Shown here: positions 16,524 through 26,304 of the stretch, piece by piece
Position numbering within the stretch: the first letter of the stretch is position 1
How the letters are laid out: each line of letters begins with the position of its first letter
Source of the DNA: an uncultured Alphaproteobacteria bacterium
GTDB lineage: Bacteria > Pseudomonadota > Alphaproteobacteria > Paracaedibacterales > CAITNM01
Direction: 5' to 3'
Length of the DNA stretch: 64,000 bases
Assembly: GCA_903893805.1 (NCBI GenBank)
Contig: CAITNM010000026.1
Location: 69,664-133,663, forward strand
The notes under the pieces: generated by a model
The model's database searches: none
What the model saw: only the letters and a program-made list of their open reading frames with translations
What the model was told of the DNA's origin: nothing
Translations under genes and position numbers: made by a program

Positions 16524-17422
16524 ATGTTTTATTCTTGTTCACTTGTTTTTCTGTGCTTCGATGTGAAGTTCATACCGAAGTTTTTGAACAAGTGCAAAAA
16601 TGGCATAACATCCAGCAGCAACTTGCAATTTTGTATAGTCAGCATGCTCAAATGAATGGTGATAAAGCTCATGATAAGCAAGAATTTTTTAATATACAGC
16701 AGCAATTAGGAGCAATCTATCTTGCTCAAAAACGTTATCAACTAGGTTTTGGGACTGCCTTTCTTCCATCTGAAAAAGCTGTATACAACTATGTCAGAAA
16801 AAAAACATTCCTTGCTTTAAAAACAAAAGAGCTTGTGCCCTTATATAAAAAATATGCACAAGGATATCAAAAAAAATATGCTAGTGGGGAATTTGAGAGA
16901 ATTCAAAAACTTATCAAGCAACTAGAAGCGTTGAATGTATTGCACGGAAAATTATTTGAACAACATAGCCAAGCATATGGAATAAAGCACTGGACATATA
17001 CACCAAAAATTAGTGAAATTTCTTCAATTCATCATTGGGTTAAAAAATTACCAGTAGGCAATGCAAGCAAAAAATTAAGTAACTTATTGAATTGGATAAC
17101 GCCAGTCGCAGGAATTAGAGAATCTTCCTCTAAAACGATATGGACACCTCTTGCTGGAGCTATTGTTCTTTGTCCTGATGCTGGAGTTGTAACGTTAATA
17201 GGTCGTTTAGAAAGAGACATAGTTATTTTTATCAAGCAGCATCATTTTACCTACGCTGTCATAGGACTTAACAAATGCCGAGTGAATGTTGGAGATAAAT
17301 TGAAGCAAGGAGAGCCCTTAGGTTTTTGTGCAGATAAAGATCCAAGATTTGTGGAATTACAACTATGGCGTGACGACATCACCCTGGACCCAGAGCCATA
17401 TCACAAGGTTACACAGTTATGA
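16517..17422 (+). CDS. EnvC-like murein hydrolase activator with a degenerate LytM (M23) domain
   Basis: Coiled-coil N-terminal half. C-terminal M23-like fold (VNVGDKLKQGEPLGF) with RFVELQLW in place of the HxH metal site. Conserved alphaproteobacterial gpmI-envC-ctpA context. Confidence 0.6.
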   Translation: MLNVLFLFTCFSVLRCEVHTEVFEQVQKWHNIQQQLAILYSQHAQMNGDKAHDKQEFFNIQQQLGAIYLAQKRYQLGFGTAFLPSEKAVYNYVRKKTFLALKTKELVPLYKKYAQGYQKKYASGEFERIQKLIKQLEALNVLHGKLFEQHSQAYGIKHWTYTPKISEISSIHHWVKKLPVGNASKKLSNLLNWITPVAGIRESSSKTIWTPLAGAIVLCPDAGVVTLIGRLERDIVIFIKQHHFTYAVIGLNKCRVNVGDKLKQGEPLGFCADKDPRFVELQLWRDDITLDPEPYHKVTQL

Positions 17423-18501
17423 AATTATATATAGTTTTCTTTTTTTTATTGGTTGGTTGTTCAAGCCCCTATCAAGATTTACACGATAGTTTAGATGAAA
17501 CCCTAGAAATTATTGATTCGCTGTACCCAGAAAAACCTTCTCATGAGAAACTCCGTCAGGGAATGTTGCATGGGTTAATTCAAGGGGCAGATGCACACGG
17601 AGCTTACTTGAACGAGACACAAATAAGAGTCTTGAGAGAAACTGTTGATGGCGGAGAATTAAAATTAGGAATGCTTCTAACTAAGCATAAAGAAGGTTTG
17701 CAGGTCAAAAAAGTTTTTGAAAAATCAGCATCACATGCAGCTGGAATTAAAGCAGATGATATTTTAATGGAGTTTGATGGATCACCTTTAAAAGATATTC
17801 AGTTGAATGATTTCCTAAATTTTATAAAAGAAAAAAAAACATACAGCATTACGCTTTTAAGAAACAAGAAAAAACTTACGAAAGAAATTGTTCCGGGCCA
17901 CTTCATAGCGCCAACTGCTGAACTAAAATGGTTTGGTAATGTTGCCTGTTTAAAGTTTGGTTGTGTGAGTAAAGAGGCGGCTGACGAGATACGAGAGTAT
18001 TTACAAATAATAAAATCCAATAAAAAACTATCCGGACTAATTCTTGATTTGCGCGATTGCCCAGGAGGCAGTTTTGAAGCAGGAATAGGTATAGCCAGTC
18101 AATTTTTAGATGGACACGTAGTCGTTGAAATGCAAAAAAAAGATGACTTTTCAAAATTTTGCTCTGCTAGTTTCGATATTTTGAATAAACAACCCATGGT
18201 TGTGCTGCAAAATAAAAACACTTGTTCAGCTGCTGAAATTATTGCGGCAGCACTAAAAGCTCACAAACGTGCAACGCTTATTGGTGAAAACACGGCGGGA
18301 GGAGCTACTGCTAAAGAAGTTGTTCATTTTCCAAACCGTAAGGACGGGTTAATTATTTCAATTGCTTTTTTGAATGATCCTCTTGGAAAAAGGATAGGTC
18401 ATGAAGGAGTAGAGCCTGATATACGTATAGAAGAAATAGTGGCGTCTAAAAACAAAGATTTATACATTGAAAAAGCATTGAGTATTTTGTATTCCAAATA
18501 A
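17419..18501 (+). CDS. S41 family C-terminal processing peptidase (CtpA-like) lipoprotein
   Basis: Lipobox LLVGC; PDZ domain (GLQVKKVFEKSASHAAGIKADDILMEFDG); LILDLRDCPGG; catalytic-Ser motif NTCSAAEIIAAAL. Confidence 0.75.
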   Translation: MKLYIVFFFLLVGCSSPYQDLHDSLDETLEIIDSLYPEKPSHEKLRQGMLHGLIQGADAHGAYLNETQIRVLRETVDGGELKLGMLLTKHKEGLQVKKVFEKSASHAAGIKADDILMEFDGSPLKDIQLNDFLNFIKEKKTYSITLLRNKKKLTKEIVPGHFIAPTAELKWFGNVACLKFGCVSKEAADEIREYLQIIKSNKKLSGLILDLRDCPGGSFEAGIGIASQFLDGHVVVEMQKKDDFSKFCSASFDILNKQPMVVLQNKNTCSAAEIIAAALKAHKRATLIGENTAGGATAKEVVHFPNRKDGLIISIAFLNDPLGKRIGHEGVEPDIRIEEIVASKNKDLYIEKALSILYSK

Positions 18502-18697
18502 ATATTAGTAAAAAATTCAATTGACCTAATGGTATGTATCATTATATTATCAAAATATGCATTATCAAGTGCATATACTCTAACCAATCTAAACATAGGG
18601 AATTCAATTATGAACAACTTCTGGCAATTTTCATGGCGTGACATCGCATTAACAAAATCGAATAAACATTTACGAAAAAGTTTACGAGGAACCTATC

Positions 18698-19729
18698 ATG
18701 AAAAACCGTGTATGCATAAAAGTTAGTATAATCTGTTTAATAAGCGCTATCCCAGCTCATTCTGAGTCTGTTTTAGGTCTAACATCTGACCAAATTCTAA
18801 ACATTCTAAAACCTTTCCAAATTACTCAAGATATCGATAAAAAAAGCTTAAATCAGCTTTCAAGATCTTCTGAACTTCATTTCCTTGACTATAAATCATT
18901 ACAAGAAAAAATTACTAAATTTTTAAGTCTCAAAAAACCACTGAAATTTCTATTGGTGGGCTTTCCTTTTAAATCAGCAAATACAGAAAAAAAGGTATTA
19001 GGCCAAGTGCCTGATATGGCTGAACGACGCAGTCTTGAATACCTATATGGCTGCATCAAGTCACTTAAAGAAGCTTATCCCTATGGGGTTGAACTAGTCA
19101 TTTTTTGTGATGGCATTCCTTTTTGCGAATACCTTGGGATTTCAGCTGAAACTGTAAAGTTATACGAACAAGGGTTGCAAAAGCTTGTGCAAGATATGCC
19201 AGGAATAACGTTGGTAACTTCTGATTCTTTACAAGAACAGTTGGCGCTCTCATCAACTCAGCATATTTGCGATGTGATCGATAAATACGCACCCAGTGAT
19301 GAGGATTTTCACAAGCAGCTTGAAACAGATCCTGCCCTTCAAGATAGTTACAAAACTCTTTTAGGGCGTCTTGAAATTGAATTTGATTCTGTGCAAGGTC
19401 GAGAATTCTTAAAAGCTCATGGTCCTTTGTCAAAGATTACCAAAGCTCTTATGGCACGGGAGATGCGCATGCGTCGTTTCCTTGAAGCACAGTTTGATGC
19501 TGAGAACTTCATTCGCCTAACGGTTCATTATTCCAAGGACTTAGGCAAAAAGTTTGGCATTAAGCTTTCACCCAATTCTTTTGTCACTCCTTACCATGGG
19601 GTGCTGGTGGAAGAGGGGGATGGCAATTGGTTCATTCGTTTCCGAAAAGATATAGATCCTCAAATTTTTGAGGAGGTATCTGAAATGGTGAATGGCCTGC
19701 AATGTCAGTACATGCGCCTCAAAAAATAA
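18698..19729 (+). CDS. PvcA/Dit1-family (isonitrile synthase-like) protein with signal-peptide-like N-terminus, paralog 1
   Basis: FLLVGFPFKSANTEKKVLGQVPDMAERRSLEYL...VELVIFCDG parallels the PvcA segment FVLPAFPAKSPNPQKVLG..PDMGE...ICSDG. SD GAGGA lies 7 nt upstream. N-terminus IICLISAIPAHS|E. Confidence 0.75.
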   Translation: MKNRVCIKVSIICLISAIPAHSESVLGLTSDQILNILKPFQITQDIDKKSLNQLSRSSELHFLDYKSLQEKITKFLSLKKPLKFLLVGFPFKSANTEKKVLGQVPDMAERRSLEYLYGCIKSLKEAYPYGVELVIFCDGIPFCEYLGISAETVKLYEQGLQKLVQDMPGITLVTSDSLQEQLALSSTQHICDVIDKYAPSDEDFHKQLETDPALQDSYKTLLGRLEIEFDSVQGREFLKAHGPLSKITKALMAREMRMRRFLEAQFDAENFIRLTVHYSKDLGKKFGIKLSPNSFVTPYHGVLVEEGDGNWFIRFRKDIDPQIFEEVSEMVNGLQCQYMRLKK

Positions 19730-19870
19730 CCTGACGAAAAGAATTTTTTAACACTGCTCTTGGGTAGTGCGGAGAATCTTTGTCTTTTTAACAATTTTAA
19801 AAAACAGCATTTGACTGTTCAGGGCGGCTATTTGCCTTGTTTTAATCAATTTTTTAAAAGGAGAATTATA

Positions 19871-20939
19871 ATGTCTAAAATATTAACGTTGCTAATTCTG
19901 GTGATTTTGGCAGTTCCTATTATGGGCGCTACTACCACGGTAGAGGAATTAGATGTTCCTGCTATATACAAACGAACTTTACCTAAACTGGAGATTGATG
20001 GGCCTGATCTCCCCCTTGTAAGAGCCAACAATATCGTAGACTATTTACAGCTTTTAGGGGGCGGAGGTCCATTAAATAGCGAGGCCCGTGGTGCTTACAT
20101 AGATTACATACTGGGTAAGCTAAGTGCTGATGAACCCATTCAATTTGTGATTTTAGGGTTCCCGTGTAAATCAACCAATGTGGGGAAAAAGGTTTTAAGT
20201 CAGAGGTTTGATATGGGGGATTACCTTGGGCTTATAAGGCTTGAGCACATAGCAGAACAAATTCAAGAGTTTGTTGGAGTACCTTGTGAAGTCCACATTA
20301 TTAACAAAGAGCCATACATACCTGAAATGTTCGCAGAGATTGAAAGAGAGTTAGACACGAGACTGCTTAATTCTGGTGAATACGAGGTAGCCTTTTTAAG
20401 ATTGCGGGGAACCTGCCCGCATTTGCATTGTGGCGCAGATTTGACCAGAGACTATTTGGCGCAAAAAGCGATGGAAGTTTATCATTCAGAAGCGGCAAAA
20501 GTGCAAATTGTAGCTGCTGCAGAAGGGTCAAAACGGTTTTTTTGCCGACGAAATAGATTACCCCATTGTTAATACTGCGCTAAATGGAAAAGGGATAGTA
20601 AGCAAAGCAGCACTTATGAAAGAACGAAAAAGATTAGGACTGTTAATGTCAGGAGTGTACCAACTAGGGGTAACAGTCTTTAGAGAGGTAGTTAGAGCCC
20701 ATGGATTGTATGGTAGCATGTTACGCCTTTCTGTTCATGGAGACGAAACAAAAGTTGGTATAAATTTTGCTAGTAAGCCTGGTATAGATTGTGTGAGCAC
20801 CTGCGTGCCATGGCACGCGGCTTTGCTATGCGCCAGATCTGGTGATGATGTTTCGTTTGATCTTGTGCATGGTGTTCCAGCAGGAGCCATAGTGACTATG
20901 TCGGTAGCTGGTGTTCCACTACCTTATATTTTGAAATAA
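19871..20939 (+). pseudogene. PvcA/Dit1-family paralog 2, interrupted by a +1 frameshift in a T7 run (track ORFs 19760..20572 and 20616..20939)
   Basis: ATG 19871 has SD AAGGAG. FVILGFPCKSTNVGKKVLSQRFDMGD. Removing one T from 20537-20543 joins ...KRFF to ADEIDYPIVNTALNGKGIVSKAALMKERKRLG... in frame. Confidence 0.7.
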
Positions 20940-20947
20940 TCAACACA

Positions 20948-20973
20948 GGGGAGTGCTAAGCACTCCCCTTTTT
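20948..20973. terminator. Hairpin terminator between the convergent pvcA-like and priA genes
   Basis: GGGGAGTG-CTAAG-CACTCCCC followed by TTTTT. Confidence 0.75.
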
Positions 20974-20992
20974 ATAGAGTTAAGCTAGATCT

Positions 20993-22939
20993 CTAATGAA
21001 ACGCTAAGGGATCAATGTCTACAATTAATCTAATGCTATGAGGTTTGCTGATCTGAGAAAACCAGTGACGAATGAAAGATTGTATAGCAAACCCTTTTGG
21101 GTATTTTAATAAAAACCTCCAACGAAATTGATTTTTTAACCTGGAGAGCGGCGCAGGAACAGGACCCATGATAAAAATATTATCATGCTTGGGAGCAGTA
21201 TGCAGAAGCTTTCTGCAAAAACTCAAAATTTCTGCATTATCACGCCCACTTATTAAGAACGAAGCAAGCCTGCCAAAAGGCGGCATGCCATGCTGTTCAC
21301 GATCTTCTAGTTCAAGTTCAACAAAGCTTTCTTGATCCCAGTTGGCCACAGCTTTAATAACTAAATGATCTGGGTCGTAAGTTTGTAAATAAACAGTTCC
21401 TGGTTTTTGTTCTCGCCCACATCGTCCAGCTACTTGGTGCAACTGTTGATACGTTCGTTCAGCACAACGCAAGTCTGGTCCATTAAGCCCCATATCTGCA
21501 TCAACCACCCCTACTAATGTAATGTTTGGGAAGTGATACCCTTTGCTAAGCATTTGGGTTGCAACAATGATATCAAATTGATTGTTTAAAATTCCATCGA
21601 CCATTTCTTGGGTGCGTTTTGGTGTATTCACCAAATCACTAGTCACACTTAAAATCTTAGCGTCAGGTAATAAGCTTGCTAAATCTTCGCTTAACCGCTC
21701 AACACCAGGACCACAGGGACTTAATGTTGCTTGAGAACAGTTAGGGCAAACTTCTGGAATAGGCTGAGTAAAATCGCAATAATGGCAGTGAAGTCGTGGC
21801 TGATTTTTATGCTGAACCAATGCGACGTCGCAAGCGGCGCAGGTAATTTTAAACCCACAATCACTACAAATTGTTAAAGGAGCGTAACCTCGTCTGTTTA
21901 AAAATAATAAGCTTTGCTCTTGATTGATAATGCGTTTTTGAATCTCTTCGAAAAGAGTAGGGTGTAGCCATTGACTAGGGCGTTGTGATTTTTTGAGGCC
22001 ACGCATGGAAAGAATATTTACCATTGGTAATGAAGCATTTCCAAAACGACTGTTAACTTTTATGTGAGAGTATTTTTTCTGCTTAACATTGAAGATTGTC
22101 TCAAGGCTTGGGGTCGCTGAAACTAACACGGTGTGAATATTTTCTTCTTTTCCACGCAAAATTGCCATGTCGCGTGCATGGTAAATAATAACTTCATCTT
22201 GCTTGTATGATGGATCATGCTCTTCATCAACGACTAATAATCCTAGGTTGCTAAATGGCAATAATAAAGCTGATCTTGCGCCTAGCATAATGCAAGGTGA
22301 GCCTTGATGAACTTGGTGCCAAATAACGTTACGTTGTTTAGGGGTAATTTGTGAATGCCATATTAAAGGCTTTTCCCCAAAGCGTTCTTCGAAGCGTTGA
22401 CGAAACTGTGCCGTTAAAGCTATTTCAGGGAGAAGAATTAGGGTTTGTTTACTCATGTCATATGCTTTTGCACTAGCTTCCAGATAAATTTCGGTCTTTC
22501 CACTTCCGGTTACTCCATCTAGCAAACTAATGTGAAATTCACCAAGTTTATTTACAATTTCATTTTTAGCCGTGCTTTGCTCAGGAGTAAGGTTTGGAGC
22601 CTTAAAATTATATTCAGCTGGTACAATGGCAGGTGAGGTTAGTTCTTTGGGCAGCACATGTTTTATAAGTACACCCAAAGGTGTAAGTGTGTACTCAGCA
22701 AATTTTTTTAAAAAACTGACAAAATGCTCAGGCAATACTAAGGGGTAATAGTTCAATATGTTTTTTAAGCTGTGCTTAAAGTTGGAAGTGCTAGGTTCTA
22801 ATGACCAAATGACCCCAACTGTAACACTATTTTTTAAAGGCACTTCCACGAGTTGTCCTACTAGCGGTGAGACATCAAATGGCCATAAATAGGTAAGTGG
22901 TCTGTCTAATATTGAAGGTACTGCAACTTCTACATTCAT
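20993..22939 (-). CDS. priA: Primosomal protein N' (replication restart helicase)
   Basis: DGVTGSGKTEIY, DEEHD and Cys-rich zinc region CSDCGFKITCAACD...CHYCDF...CPNC. Confidence 0.95.
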   Translation of the reverse strand: MNVEVAVPSILDRPLTYLWPFDVSPLVGQLVEVPLKNSVTVGVIWSLEPSTSNFKHSLKNILNYYPLVLPEHFVSFLKKFAEYTLTPLGVLIKHVLPKELTSPAIVPAEYNFKAPNLTPEQSTAKNEIVNKLGEFHISLLDGVTGSGKTEIYLEASAKAYDMSKQTLILLPEIALTAQFRQRFEERFGEKPLIWHSQITPKQRNVIWHQVHQGSPCIMLGARSALLLPFSNLGLLVVDEEHDPSYKQDEVIIYHARDMAILRGKEENIHTVLVSATPSLETIFNVKQKKYSHIKVNSRFGNASLPMVNILSMRGLKKSQRPSQWLHPTLFEEIQKRIINQEQSLLFLNRRGYAPLTICSDCGFKITCAACDVALVQHKNQPRLHCHYCDFTQPIPEVCPNCSQATLSPCGPGVERLSEDLASLLPDAKILSVTSDLVNTPKRTQEMVDGILNNQFDIIVATQMLSKGYHFPNITLVGVVDADMGLNGPDLRCAERTYQQLHQVAGRCGREQKPGTVYLQTYDPDHLVIKAVANWDQESFVELELEDREQHGMPPFGRLASFLISGRDNAEILSFCRKLLHTAPKHDNIFIMGPVPAPLSRLKNQFRWRFLLKYPKGFAIQSFIRHWFSQISKPHSIRLIVDIDPLAFH

Positions 22940-23601
22940 GCTGAAAAAAGGTGATGCAACATGCTAACTGTAATTGGGCGGCGTTGTTGTGCTGAAAGCA
23001 TATCAATTTTTTCTGCCCATTGGCATATTGCTGGAAAATTACGATCAATTCGACGGGCTAAATATTCCAGGATAGAATTATCAACAACTATTCCTTTGTC
23101 TTTCCATATTTTTTCAAGCACACGCTTTAGAGTTTCATCATCTGGACTATGCATTTCTACGCTGATGAATGTTGCTAGCCGTGACCGCCAATCGGCAAGG
23201 GTGACAGGCCACATAGAAGGTGGCTTAGTGGCGCCAATAACAAGAAGTTTGTTTTGTTCTTTAACCAAGTTGTAAAGGTGAAACCACCATACGTCATCAT
23301 CTACCTTATGAGCATCATCAAGAATTAAGACTTGTTGTTCTCCATAAACCAAATCCCATAAATTTGTTGTGAGCGCTTGATTTGCAGTGTTGTAAGCTAG
23401 ATTGTAGTTTTTAGCTAATCCTTGAAAAAGATGAGTTTTACCGCAGCCAGGTTCACCATATATGCAAATAAACTTATCTTTTGTTGCCCCTTGAAGGGCG
23501 GCATGAAAAAGCTCAAAAGCCATCTGGTTGCAGTTAGCCACAACAAAATCAAACAATTCGTAACTTTGAGTATACCCCAAAGGCAACAATCCTTGCTGCA
23601 C
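22936..23601 (-). CDS. hdaA: DnaA regulatory inactivator HdaA-like AAA+ protein
   Basis: IYGEPGCGKTHL Walker A, LILDDAH Walker B, about 220 aa. ATGA overlap with priA. Confidence 0.7.
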   Translation of the reverse strand: MQQGLLPLGYTQSYELFDFVVANCNQMAFELFHAALQGATKDKFICIYGEPGCGKTHLFQGLAKNYNLAYNTANQALTTNLWDLVYGEQQVLILDDAHKVDDDVWWFHLYNLVKEQNKLLVIGATKPPSMWPVTLADWRSRLATFISVEMHSPDDETLKRVLEKIWKDKGIVVDNSILEYLARRIDRNFPAICQWAEKIDMLSAQQRRPITVSMLHHLFSA

Positions 23602-23605
23602 AAAA

Positions 23606-24784
23606 CTACTCTTTCATTAATTGAACGCGATAGCGAAGTACAACCTCAGTTTTTGGTGCCACTTTGACTGGCCAATATACGCTTTGAGTGCTTTCTTGCT
23701 TATGCGCCATACTTTCGCGAATCACTTTACCACGATTTTCGCCAAAAGGAAGCATAACTTTAATGTTTGCTTCCTTTTCGCCAAAGTTGCGAATGGTTAA
23801 TCTATAGGCCGCTTCTATAACTTTTTCAGTAAGCAAGGTCTTAAATTCTGTTTGTTCTAAGTTTCCTTGAATTTGTGTGAGAGGGGAATCTTGACTGGAC
23901 TTAAGTTGAGAGAGCAAAAGCGGTGGAATAGCTAATTGTATATCATCGCCAGATTTCGTGGCTAGCAGGGCGCTTGTGCCTAAAAATCTTAATGTATTGC
24001 TATTGTCACGAATATATATAGTAATGTCACCACTTGCTAAGTCTTGTGCAAGTTTTTCATCAAGTTTGAAGTGTAGCCAAATTTGTAAGGGAATCTGTCT
24101 CTCAACTCCTTGAAGATCATTGAGGTTTTCTTTTCCAACATCTAGTCGATAGTCTTGCCCAGCTTTTTGTTTACGAAACTCTACCCAAGGAATTCGCATG
24201 ACACTACCTTTATGGATGAATTTAGGCGTATCAATAACATATTCATGAAAAGTTTGATTTTTTGCTAAGTCATCGGTTTGTGCGTCAACTAAACGAAGTT
24301 GGATATTTTCAAAACTTGTACCTGATTGATTGTCTATGCTGACAAAGCTGTTAAAATTTTGGATTTCGTCAAACTGTTCGTTCACTTCAACAACATAATG
24401 CATATGCCAACCAATACCAGAAAAAGTATAAGTAATTTCTCCTTGAAAGGGGTGTTTAGAGTTTAAAATCAAATCAACAGCTGTTAATACATCTTTATCT
24501 TTAGAAATAATGTATTCAGGATTTGCGCTGCCTTCTTGACGAAATAAAACTGATTGAGAATCGATAGATCCCGGAACTGTAAACGAGTATTCTTTTTCTC
24601 CGCTAAATTTAATTGGCAAGGTGGCGACACAGCGATCTTTGTAAATAACCAGATTTCCAGTTTTTGTTTCTTTTTTTAATTCTGCATGCTCTTTTTTCTG
24701 GTCAGGTGCTTTTGCGGCCTTCTCTTCTGAATGTCCCGATTGAGAGATCAACATTAAGCACATAATTACAAAAAATATTTTCAT
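23606..24784 (-). CDS. Exported hypothetical protein, DUF4139-like
   Basis: Signal peptide. ITYTFSGIGWHMHYVV...SIDNQSGTSFENIQLRLVDAQ resembles the DUF4139 pattern. ATGA overlap with the murE stop. Confidence 0.5.
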   Translation of the reverse strand: MKIFFVIMCLMLISQSGHSEEKAAKAPDQKKEHAELKKETKTGNLVIYKDRCVATLPIKFSGEKEYSFTVPGSIDSQSVLFRQEGSANPEYIISKDKDVLTAVDLILNSKHPFQGEITYTFSGIGWHMHYVVEVNEQFDEIQNFNSFVSIDNQSGTSFENIQLRLVDAQTDDLAKNQTFHEYVIDTPKFIHKGSVMRIPWVEFRKQKAGQDYRLDVGKENLNDLQGVERQIPLQIWLHFKLDEKLAQDLASGDITIYIRDNSNTLRFLGTSALLATKSGDDIQLAIPPLLLSQLKSSQDSPLTQIQGNLEQTEFKTLLTEKVIEAAYRLTIRNFGEKEANIKVMLPFGENRGKVIRESMAHKQESTQSVYWPVKVAPKTEVVLRYRVQLMKE

Positions 24785-26304
24785 AGTTTTAACCTTGTAA
24801 GAAGTTCTTCAGCCTCTTGCTTATCACTAAAGGAGTGGGTTTTATTTCCAACGATCTGACCGGTTTCGTGACCCTTACCTGCTATTAGAAGGGTATCACC
24901 TTTTTCAAGATGTGCAATAGCATATGCAATAGCTTGCCGTCGATCGGCAATCTCTTGTGCTTTTGAGGTACATTCGCTTAATATTTGTTGACGAATGCTG
25001 GCGGGATTTTCTGATCTGGGATTATCATCTGTTACAATGACTTTGTCTGCCAAACTAGAAGCGATTTTCCCCATCAGAGGGCGCTTAATAATATCACGAT
25101 CCCCGCCACAACCAAACACAACCCAAATATTATTTTTGGTATGCTCTCTTAGCGACTTTAAGGCGCGGTCTAAAGCATCAGGAGAGTGTGCATAGTCAAC
25201 GTAAACATGCCCTCCATTTGATGTTTCGCCAATCAATTCCATTCGACCCATAATTGGTTTCAGTTTTGGAATAATAGCTATAATTTCAGTTATTGTTGTG
25301 CCTGATGCGATAAGCATTCCGATTGCACACAAAGTGTTCTCAACTTGAAAAGTTCCACTAAGATTTAGCACAATGTTGTGATAAGTATTACCATTGTACT
25401 CTAAGTCAAAAGCAATATTTGTAGCTTTCACTTTTACTTTTGTGGCCCTTAAATCTGCAGGTGTATTAATTGCGTAAGTAATAATCTGTGTGTTGCGCTG
25501 TGATGCTAATAATTTAAGGCGCTCAAAATAAGGCGAGCTAGCATTCAGAACAGCTATTTTTCCAGGCGACATGATTTCTGTAAAAAGTTTTGTTTTTGCT
25601 TGGAAATAGTCTTCCATAGTTTTGTGATAGTCTAGATGGTCTTGAGTAAGATTTGTAAATCCAGCTACAGTAATTTGACTGCCATGAATACGAAATTGAT
25701 CTAGTCCATGGCTGGATGCTTCGAATATTACATGATTAATGTTGGCTTCTGACAAATTTTTTAATAAAGAAAAAAATGACAAACTATCATAGGTAGTAAG
25801 AGCAGGGAGTGACGGTAAATTACTTAGGTGATTTTTCGTTTCCAAACCAACCGTTCCAAATGATGCAGCAGAATATCCTAATAATTCCCATAACTGACGC
25901 ACTATGCTAACCACAGAACTTTTCCCATTTGTTCCAGTTACTGCCATTAGTACAGCAGGTTGAATTTTAAAAAATGCTTTTGCCAGCAAACTAAGAGCTA
26001 ATCGTGGGTTAGGATGCTCTATGAAGGCTACTTGATCAGCGAATGAGGCGATGACATCTGCAGTCGCTAATACTACACAAGCACCTTTTTGAATTGCCTC
26101 TTTTGTATTGTAAAGAACCTGTGGACAAGGAATTGCAATGAAAAAATCTCCAGGTTGAGTTTTACGAGAATCGGCACACAGATTATTTATTTTAATATTC
26201 TTTAAAACTAGGAATTTGTAGTCTATTTCTAAAGCTGAACACTTTAGTAAATCAACAAGGACAACTTGCTCAAGATGGTCCAATTTACTGGTCTCCAGCC
26301 TCAT
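24781..26304 (-). CDS. murE: UDP-N-acetylmuramoyl-L-alanyl-D-glutamate--2,6-diaminopimelate ligase
   Basis: VTGTNGKSS, and DDNPRSE (the DNPR motif of mDAP-adding MurE). Confidence 0.9.
   Translation of the reverse strand: MRLETSKLDHLEQVVLVDLLKCSALEIDYKFLVLKNIKINNLCADSRKTQPGDFFIAIPCPQVLYNTKEAIQKGACVVLATADVIASFADQVAFIEHPNPRLALSLLAKAFFKIQPAVLMAVTGTNGKSSVVSIVRQLWELLGYSAASFGTVGLETKNHLSNLPSLPALTTYDSLSFFSLLKNLSEANINHVIFEASSHGLDQFRIHGSQITVAGFTNLTQDHLDYHKTMEDYFQAKTKLFTEIMSPGKIAVLNASSPYFERLKLLASQRNTQIITYAINTPADLRATKVKVKATNIAFDLEYNGNTYHNIVLNLSGTFQVENTLCAIGMLIASGTTITEIIAIIPKLKPIMGRMELIGETSNGGHVYVDYAHSPDALDRALKSLREHTKNNIWVVFGCGGDRDIIKRPLMGKIASSLADKVIVTDDNPRSENPASIRQQILSECTSKAQEIADRRQAIAYAIAHLEKGDTLLIAGKGHETGQIVGNKTHSFSDKQEAEELLTRLKL

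Noticed and set aside
18609-18726. 39-codon uORF (MNNFWQFSWRDIALTKSNKHLRKSLRGTYHEKPCMHKS) in the ~140-nt leader of pvcA-like paralog 1, overlapping its start
   Set aside because: It is Trp-rich with a weak AGGGA SD, so a leader-peptide role is conceivable. However, no alternative hairpins or attenuator are evident and nothing can be tested from sequence alone. Too speculative to call.
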